Part shown: positions 57,352-64,000 of the stretch, one piece after another
How positions within the stretch are numbered: position 1 is the first letter of the stretch
Layout: each line of letters starts with the position of its first letter
Virus record (IMG/VR): IMGVR_UViG_3300009128_000008
Span: 1 to 64,000 of that record
Source of the DNA: a virus
DNA: 64,000 bases
Strand: one strand, 5' to 3'
The notes under the pieces: model-generated
Seen by the model: only the letters and a program-made list of their open reading frames with translations
The model's database searches: none
What the model was told of the DNA's origin: nothing
Translations under genes and position numbers: made by a program

Positions 57352-58287
57352 TTAGCCGGGATAATTGGCCATATAGTCCAGATTATCCACAGAAGTTGTA
57401 TCAATCTCAGCATCAAGCGGATATCCTCGCGGCCTTCTCATTGCATAACCCATATCGGCCAATAGCTGAATTAATTCCGCCTCTTCTCGCTTGGTAAACT
57501 CATACTCCTTGGCTAATTTCTGAAAACAGTCCTCAATATCTTTGCCGGCAGAAACCATGGAGTTAATACATGTTCGGGCCATGGAAGCAATAAACAATGG
57601 AACAACAACTGTAAACTTAGCCGCCTTTGCCGCCTCTTTAACTAAGGCTTCCTCGTCGCTTGACTCTTTCTTCTTTTTCTTTTTCTTTGAATACCTGGTT
57701 TCCATCAGTTTGTCATAGCGCTTATCAAGCCGCTTTATCCCATCGTGGATAGATTCCCTAGCCTTCTCTAAATCACTAATAGGCAAAACACCATCTAAAT
57801 CAGTTTTAACAGCATTAGAAATTTCTCTATCAAGCCTGTGCAGATATGCTATAGCTCTCTCTATTCCGGTAGTATCTTTTCCAGTATGCTTTGGGATACC
57901 AACCATCTTTGCATTGAGCCACTCGATAAAATCTCCCAGGGACCACTTCCAAGGATCCGTCTCAACAACAATATCGTCTTCTGGAGCCTCCACTAAAATT
58001 TCTGCGGGCTCTTCTAATTCTGCCTGCTCCTCACCGCCCGGAACTAGCGGAAGAACAAAAGAGAATCCCTCGCCTACAGGTTCGTCTTCATCTATTTGTA
58101 GGGCTACTCGTCCCTCGCCGGAAAGAAAATCATCTGCCAAATAATTTTCATCCATCATTCCTTCTACCTGGCCTTCTTCGGCGGCTGGGGGAATTACCTC
58201 ACCAACTCCAAGCGGTCCGACCTCCACACTAAATTCCGTAACAGGAACGTTTGCGCTTTTAATATTATCAGCTGATTTCATTGTCAT
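57352..58287 (-). CDS. Hypothetical protein (acidic N-terminus, poly-Lys, LVKEA)
   Basis: ATG at 58287 preferred over the track's TTG at 58302, which overlaps the promoter-like motif. Confidence 0.55.
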   Translation of the reverse strand: MTMKSADNIKSANVPVTEFSVEVGPLGVGEVIPPAAEEGQVEGMMDENYLADDFLSGEGRVALQIDEDEPVGEGFSFVLPLVPGGEEQAELEEPAEILVEAPEDDIVVETDPWKWSLGDFIEWLNAKMVGIPKHTGKDTTGIERAIAYLHRLDREISNAVKTDLDGVLPISDLEKARESIHDGIKRLDKRYDKLMETRYSKKKKKKKESSDEEALVKEAAKAAKFTVVVPLFIASMARTCINSMVSAGKDIEDCFQKLAKEYEFTKREEAELIQLLADMGYAMRRPRGYPLDAEIDTTSVDNLDYMANYPG

Positions 58288-58352
58288 CCTTAAAAATGTC
58301 AAAAAGATACAAGTTTTCTATTATATTAGTTTTTATTAGCAGATTGCGATGT

Positions 58353-59303
58353 TTAATACAGTAAAGAATGAACTGGCTTTCCATCAATTAAGCACCCCGA
58401 TAATAACCACTCCCTATATGATTTATAACCCTTTGCGCCAGATTCTTTCGCAATCTTAAGCACATATTTATTTGTTAAGACTTTTCCATATGTATCTTGC
58501 CACCAAATCCCCAGCGGAGATGTCTCAAATAAAATAGATCCTGGATGGCAAAACTTTTCCGCATGACCAGATGCCGTTTTGTCTAACTTATTATTTGCAT
58601 CATAATATAATATTCCACATTTTGAATCTTCCATCCCATTGGGGGATTTTGGTGAACAAAATGCTAAATAATTAAAAAATTCTGCGTATTCTGCATTCTT
58701 AAATGGGCCATAATAATGCATATCGCCTTTAATTTCATGGGGATGCCGTACATATACTCCGCTCTGGCCCGCATTACCAACTACGTAATGCCTCCATGAA
58801 GTTTCCGAAATTTTCTTTACCATATTTTTACTCTCATTACATTGACCCGGAGACTCCAATGAATACATTCCATAATACATTCCGCGATCAATTGAATTAT
58901 CTGTATAATACCCTAATGGAAAACTATATAGGCCATCTATGCCGATACCAGAAAAATGTCTATAATAATATGGAGACCCAAGTAAAGAGCCTTTTTCTTC
59001 AGTGCCAGAAACATTTGTGTCCCAATTGCACTCTACAACATCTCTTCCCTCAAATAATTTACCAGCATATCTACAACGCTTGCAGGGATTCTTCCACAAA
59101 AACAAATGGTTATTGGCCATTGCTACTTCAGTTAACTCTTCTTCTGTAGCATCCTTGCCCAATATAGCTAGCGGAGCCATCCTTCTCACTACATTACCGG
59201 CACTATTACAAGCTTCCGGAACTGTCAGACCAAACGGACAAGGCTCCGACTCATTAGATCTTATAACGGCTTTCTTTATAATATTTTGATTTTTTTTCGA
59301 CAT
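58353..59303 (-). CDS. Cys-rich hypothetical protein
   Basis: Probable start MSKKNQNIIKKA; CPFG…C…CxxC…C cluster. Confidence 0.55.
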   Translation of the reverse strand: MSKKNQNIIKKAVIRSNESEPCPFGLTVPEACNSAGNVVRRMAPLAILGKDATEEELTEVAMANNHLFLWKNPCKRCRYAGKLFEGRDVVECNWDTNVSGTEEKGSLLGSPYYYRHFSGIGIDGLYSFPLGYYTDNSIDRGMYYGMYSLESPGQCNESKNMVKKISETSWRHYVVGNAGQSGVYVRHPHEIKGDMHYYGPFKNAEYAEFFNYLAFCSPKSPNGMEDSKCGILYYDANNKLDKTASGHAEKFCHPGSILFETSPLGIWWQDTYGKVLTNKYVLKIAKESGAKGYKSYREWLLSGCLIDGKPVHSLLY

Positions 59304-59316
59304 TTTATTAATACCG

Positions 59317-61929
59317 TTAACTCGGCTCGCTGTGGAAGCTGTATTTCCTAGAAAAACCAGTACCATTTTCTAACGCATCAATAATATACATTATTCTTTC
59401 CATTTGTTTTCTCTTGAAATCATACAGGGCCTTTCTGCGACGCACTTTTATGGCTTCCGGATAATCTTCAGGAAAAGAAAACTTATCTCCAAGAACAGGC
59501 TTCCAGTTTCTCACTACGTCCAATTGCTTCTTAAAATACGGAATAAATTGACGACCCTGCGCTCCCAGCCTAGCTATTGGCCAGCCCAAATCATGTATAG
59601 TTAAAGTTTTGTCTATATCTCCTCTTGAGAGAGGCCGTCTATCAAATAATAAAGATTGTATTTCTTGAACTTGATCTTCTTCCTCGGCTTTAGCTCCCTT
59701 CGGTAACACTCTAAAACTTGGTAATAAACCCTCATAAAACTTTTGAACCGCAGGAGTGTCCGCCTTTGACATAGCAAATTTATGCACTATGTGTTTGGTT
59801 ATATTGTTTTTGATCTTGTCGGGTATCTTCTCATCATTAGATACGGCATTCCCAAAATCAATTATTTGTTTTGCCAGCTCATCAGGCACTTGATCAAATG
59901 CCTCCAACACATCTATCCTATCAGTAACATTACCAACTGCATGCCAACCATCTTTGCGTATCTTATCAATATTTTCCAGCGATATACCTTTCTGTAATTC
60001 GCTTAATAATGTTTGCTTTACCCTTTCTTTCTTATCGCCGTCTGGCAGGGATTTATAAAGCTCTACGGTTAGATCTATATCGCTTTTAATTGGAAGGGGC
60101 GTTACATCACCTTCTAAATTTATAATATCCTCAGCTATTTCCGGGAATCTAGAGGAAAACCTTGATACAAATCGTTTTTTTAGATCGGGGTCATGAAGTA
60201 AACTCTCATCAAATAATATATCTCTAAGTGTTAAAACAACTTCCGGAGAATATGTCCCACTTGGCGCATCAATAATTTTGCCCGCAATAGCTCTTCGTAT
60301 CATCTTGGTATTATCGTCCCTATCTTTTTCAACTTTAAAGCGCTTAAAATCATCATCTAAATATTCTTTGTGTTGAGAGTGTTTTCTGTACTCCCCACTT
60401 TCGATGTTTTCCTCTATCTGTTCCTGCGATAACCCTTCATATTGCGCCTCACTTTCATATTCTCTTTGGGCCTGTGACTCTAGATCCCACATCATATCCA
60501 TCATCCAAGATGAATTATTCATAATATCAGCATACCTTATGGCCTCAGCCTCATCATCAAAATATTTCTCCGTTGGCCAATCGCCATAATAACCAGGAAG
60601 AAAAGCCTCTCCACCATACTCATCCTCTCCATATCCAATTAATTCTTCGTCATCCCTCATAACATCTGTCACAACCCAATAATCATAAATAGCTCCCTCT
60701 ACTTCCTGTGGAGTCTTCAACCACGCCAATAATTCCTCATCACTATTAATATCTTCAACATCAGGAGTTACCACCATATTGCCAGAAAATGTATCTGACC
60801 ATTGACCACCTTCCAACTTATACACTCCCATTGGGGCTTTTTGCTTGCTATTTATCCACCCTTTCACTACTTCAGCAAATTTGGCTACATCATCGCCATA
60901 CATTGTGTCCTCTTGCTGTGCGAAAGATTTGCCAGCGATATTCGTAAATCTTCGAATCCTAATCCTGGATATAGGGTTCTTAATATCCCGATCATTCGCT
61001 TTTATTAAATACGCAATAAGGCCGCCCTCAGCAACATCACAAAACACATCTTGATGATGAGTGCCTGTGCCTAATGTCATACAAGACACCCAACTTCTGC
61101 CGGTAGACATCTGAGCTATATCATGCGGGTTTTGAGAAATTACAACAAAATATTTGGCATCTTGGCCTGTTGATCTGGTTCTGGCTGGAGAATTAACAAA
61201 AGAATTGATTACATCTGTCCAGTATTGCTCTTGTTTTTCAGCTTTGATTTTAACCTCAAGATATTTAGGATCAAGCTCATCACCGTTTTCCTGATTAAGC
61301 TGTTCTAACTCTCGATACAATTCTTTTAACTCTCTGTTTTTGGCTGAATTTAAAAGTTTACCAATCCTATATTTATTCTTTCCACTCATACAGGTGCCAG
61401 ACACAAAATCTATTTCCTGACACTTTTCTGGAAACTTTTCTTTAAGCACATTAACAACATCCTGTTCCTCTCCTCCGCTTACGGTAGTTGGAGGGCCCAT
61501 TTCAAACGGAATATAAACTCTGTCCTGTCCACCAAACCAATCATTAAATGGTCGCGGATTATTTTGCGCTTTTTGCTCTATAATATCAAACCACTTTTCC
61601 TCATATTCCGAGGCCAATTTTAAAATATAATCTGAAATACAAGTTAAAGATTTAGAGGCAAGCCTTATTATTCCAAAAGAATCTATGATGCCGGCTAAAG
61701 CTTTTTTACGCTTTTTGCGCATCCGTTTTCTAGACTTTTCAATAAAATCTTTTACACTCTTATACTTATCCATCCTGCCAAAATAAAGACCGGTACCAGG
61801 ACTTACCTCTGTTTCTCCTTCTTCAGGGCCGCCATAATCATAATTGCGCCAAAAGGGAGAGGGCCAAGGTCTAATATCTTTATCTACTCGCTTTTTTCGC
61901 TTTTTATTTTTTTTCTTTTCCTTCGCCAT
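59317..61929 (-). CDS. Large hypothetical protein with basic N-terminus
   Basis: 'ISQNPHDIAQMSTGRSWVSCM' core following RLA/KLA sites. Confidence 0.55.
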   Translation of the reverse strand: MAKEKKKNKKRKKRVDKDIRPWPSPFWRNYDYGGPEEGETEVSPGTGLYFGRMDKYKSVKDFIEKSRKRMRKKRKKALAGIIDSFGIIRLASKSLTCISDYILKLASEYEEKWFDIIEQKAQNNPRPFNDWFGGQDRVYIPFEMGPPTTVSGGEEQDVVNVLKEKFPEKCQEIDFVSGTCMSGKNKYRIGKLLNSAKNRELKELYRELEQLNQENGDELDPKYLEVKIKAEKQEQYWTDVINSFVNSPARTRSTGQDAKYFVVISQNPHDIAQMSTGRSWVSCMTLGTGTHHQDVFCDVAEGGLIAYLIKANDRDIKNPISRIRIRRFTNIAGKSFAQQEDTMYGDDVAKFAEVVKGWINSKQKAPMGVYKLEGGQWSDTFSGNMVVTPDVEDINSDEELLAWLKTPQEVEGAIYDYWVVTDVMRDDEELIGYGEDEYGGEAFLPGYYGDWPTEKYFDDEAEAIRYADIMNNSSWMMDMMWDLESQAQREYESEAQYEGLSQEQIEENIESGEYRKHSQHKEYLDDDFKRFKVEKDRDDNTKMIRRAIAGKIIDAPSGTYSPEVVLTLRDILFDESLLHDPDLKKRFVSRFSSRFPEIAEDIINLEGDVTPLPIKSDIDLTVELYKSLPDGDKKERVKQTLLSELQKGISLENIDKIRKDGWHAVGNVTDRIDVLEAFDQVPDELAKQIIDFGNAVSNDEKIPDKIKNNITKHIVHKFAMSKADTPAVQKFYEGLLPSFRVLPKGAKAEEEDQVQEIQSLLFDRRPLSRGDIDKTLTIHDLGWPIARLGAQGRQFIPYFKKQLDVVRNWKPVLGDKFSFPEDYPEAIKVRRRKALYDFKRKQMERIMYIIDALENGTGFSRKYSFHSEPS

Positions 61930-61941
61930 AACAGACTCTAA

Positions 61942-62700
61942 TTAAGTTCGTAACAGCCTAGACGGCACATATGAAGCAAGATCTTTAACTAATGGTATCT
62001 CTCCCCATATATCCAAAAGATCTAATAGTTCTATGGTTCTTTCTTTATCATATTTTAATGCCTTGCTTAATTTATCAGCAAAATACTTTTGTTTTATATT
62101 GGCAACGGCCCCTTTATTATTTTTTACCCAGTTTACTATTCCCGAATCTAAACTGAACCCTAACTTTGCGGCCAGATATATCGCTCTAACTATTCTATTA
62201 TTATCATACGCTAACGTTTGTTCTGGAGCCAAGCATGTTCTTATGACTTTACGCCCAATATCATCTATTGCTAAGCCTGTTGGATCTAAAATTCTCTTCA
62301 AATCCATGGACATCAACGCTGTGTTGCATGTAAAGTCTCGACTATACAGCTCTTTTTGCATTTCTGTTGGGTGTTGTATATTAGCTTTTTCTAATAAATG
62401 CGTTATACCAGGAATTCTAAAATTACTAGAAAAATCCAAGCGCAAACCTCCAGACAAACTAATATTAGTATGGCCATCTGGCATAACTTTATAAGACATT
62501 ATCGGCGACTTTAATCTCGTCGCAACTTCTCTGGACAAATAATGTATGCCAGCATCTCCTGTAGTAATATCTACATCGTTAAATTCATTAGGATTACCCA
62601 ATATTCTATCCCTAGGCAAACCTCCCACAATAAATGGCTCAGAAATGCCTTTCGCTTTGGCTAAATCCTTTATGAAAATTAACAGTTTAGATAACTTCAT
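61942..62700 (-). CDS. Class II nucleotidyltransferase (CCA-adding/poly(A) polymerase head domain), short and divergent
   Basis: 'FIVGGLPRD', 'DVD', 'RDFTCN', 'DNNRIVRA'. Confidence 0.85.
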   Translation of the reverse strand: MKLSKLLIFIKDLAKAKGISEPFIVGGLPRDRILGNPNEFNDVDITTGDAGIHYLSREVATRLKSPIMSYKVMPDGHTNISLSGGLRLDFSSNFRIPGITHLLEKANIQHPTEMQKELYSRDFTCNTALMSMDLKRILDPTGLAIDDIGRKVIRTCLAPEQTLAYDNNRIVRAIYLAAKLGFSLDSGIVNWVKNNKGAVANIKQKYFADKLSKALKYDKERTIELLDLLDIWGEIPLVKDLASYVPSRLLRT

Positions 62701-62704
62701 GTTA

Positions 62705-64000
62705 TTATCTTATAGGCGCTGGAGGAACCGGTGCAGCTGGTGCAGCTGGTGCGGCTGGCGCTACTCTTGCTGGAGGGGCCTTTTCAACAGTTACGGGGGC
62801 GCCCAACTCTTCCATTTCAATTGGAACGGCGGGAGGGCTTTCTTCTACTTCAGCTTCTTCTCGCCTTTGCTTGCGTTTTTCCTTTAACTCTTCTTCTTTT
62901 TCCTCAGCCCTTTCTAGATTCTCTTTAACCGCCTCTAACGTATCAGAGGTTCTCTCTGCGTCACCCTCTGTAGTTACCAGATCTAATTCTTCTTCTGGCT
63001 GCAACGATCCTCTAAGTCTAGATAAAATCTCCTCTATTCTAGTAGTCATATACTGATTAGACTCTAGAGCAGATTTTTGCGCCTCTCCCAAAGCCGGAAA
63101 ATACGACGCAATTCCCAATCTATCCATCATCAAATCAATTATGCTCAGCTGTCTTGGTATCTCTCTGTTCTTAAGTATATTGGAAATAACTTCCAACCTA
63201 GCAACAACATCTGCCGTGGTAACACTGTCCAAATCAACATCTAGATCGGTTACTTTCTTTGTCGGAACATCATCGCCAACCTCTATCTCAGGAACAACAT
63301 CCTCCGCCATTGGCATATCCGGAGTTACAACAACATCCTCTGGTGTTGGGGGTGTTTCTTCTGGAAGCGGAGCTGGCACAGGAGCTGGTGGCGGAGCCTG
63401 AGCCACAACAGTAATTTCCGCCTGGTCATCTTCTGCCTCGTCTGAATCATCTACTTTCTTTGCCTCTTCTTCCGTCTCTTCCGGAATATCGTAATTTAGA
63501 AGCTGAACAAACTCTTTCATAGCATCCTCATCTTCATCACCCGCTCCCGCCATAGGATCTACAGTTAATGCCTGGGCCCACTTTTTGATACACTTACCGG
63601 TCTTGGGGAAACCATCACTAATTAATATATTGCCCTTCCTAATAATTAAATCTTCAAAAATAGACGACGCAGCGAAACGTGCAGGAGCAGTTTGTACCTG
63701 TATTTTTAGATCTTGCACCGCTCTTAACAGTGGCACTATACCGCCATCCAATCCTTCCCTCATTGCTTCCTGCACCCCAGGATCGGAAATTAAACGTTCT
63801 GCGGAATTCAACCTACCAAGAATGGCCTCTATCTTCTTTAATACATCCTCTCGTCTCTGCTCTGCCTCTGCCCGCTCTTTTGCCTGCCGTCTTTCCTCTC
63901 GCTCTTCTTCACGCCTCTTTTTCTCCTCAGCTCTCTCGGCTGGATTAAGTTCAACAAACTGACTTACATCCGAAGCCGATGGCGATGGAGGCAATTTAGC
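62705..64000 (-). CDS. Acidic/Pro-rich hypothetical protein, 5' end outside the window
   Basis: Frame stays open to the window edge upstream of the track's TTG. Confidence 0.55.
   Translation of the reverse strand, partial: AKLPPSPSASDVSQFVELNPAERAEEKKRREEEREERRQAKERAEAEQRREDVLKKIEAILGRLNSAERLISDPGVQEAMREGLDGGIVPLLRAVQDLKIQVQTAPARFAASSIFEDLIIRKGNILISDGFPKTGKCIKKWAQALTVDPMAGAGDEDEDAMKEFVQLLNYDIPEETEEEAKKVDDSDEAEDDQAEITVVAQAPPPAPVPAPLPEETPPTPEDVVVTPDMPMAEDVVPEIEVGDDVPTKKVTDLDVDLDSVTTADVVARLEVISNILKNREIPRQLSIIDLMMDRLGIASYFPALGEAQKSALESNQYMTTRIEEILSRLRGSLQPEEELDLVTTEGDAERTSDTLEAVKENLERAEEKEEELKEKRKQRREEAEVEESPPAVPIEMEELGAPVTVEKAPPARVAPAAPAAPAAPVPPAPIR

Noticed and set aside
45843-61929. Poly-Lys tracts as nuclear localisation signals (eukaryotic virus)
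   Set aside because: Shine-Dalgarno sites, operon coupling, a contractile tail and a peptidoglycan hydrolase indicate a bacterial host.
1-64000. Many short plus-strand ORFs in the track
   Set aside because: They are antisense shadows of long minus-strand genes with no recognisable motifs; only 16452..17456 and 53232..54563 look real.
1-64000. Stop-codon reassignment as in some jumbo phages
   Set aside because: Core genes are full length under the standard code and end in TAA, TAG or TGA, with little unexplained intergenic space.
1-64000. tRNA, rRNA or CRISPR arrays
   Set aside because: Intergenic gaps are short and I saw no cloverleaf or regularly spaced repeats; not verified by software.

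Overview
This window is the virion-morphogenesis region of a large (jumbo-type) myovirus-like tailed phage. It is AT-rich, densely coding, uses the standard genetic code, and almost all genes lie on the minus strand. In transcription order (high to low coordinates) it holds: a class II nucleotidyltransferase, a GpA-like terminase, an inverted PIN-PhoH gene, portal, about 20 uncharacterised probable internal-head proteins (including a GH73-like hydrolase and a tyrosine/dual-specificity phosphatase), a prohead protease/scaffold fusion, two paralogous decoration proteins and an HK97-type major capsid protein. An accessory block follows (IscS-like cysteine desulfurase, HNH and LAGLIDADG endonucleases, cold-shock protein, myxobacterial-style trypsin lipoprotein), then neck proteins, two paralogous beta-helix fibre proteins, tail terminator, sheath, tube, a -1 frameshifting chaperone pair and the start of the tape measure. 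The most notable unexplained signals are at the protein-motif level. (1) An Asp-Gly-Tyr tripeptide occurs about 20 times, only in predicted exterior virion proteins. (2) A K-x-A motif and several shared short modules link the internal-head proteins, suggesting a cleavage/targeting code. (3) A cluster resembles a membrane-spanning ejection apparatus. There is also a candidate late-promoter motif that often sits only 6-9 nt upstream of ATG. All calls come from motif recognition and gene order by eye; no database searches were run.
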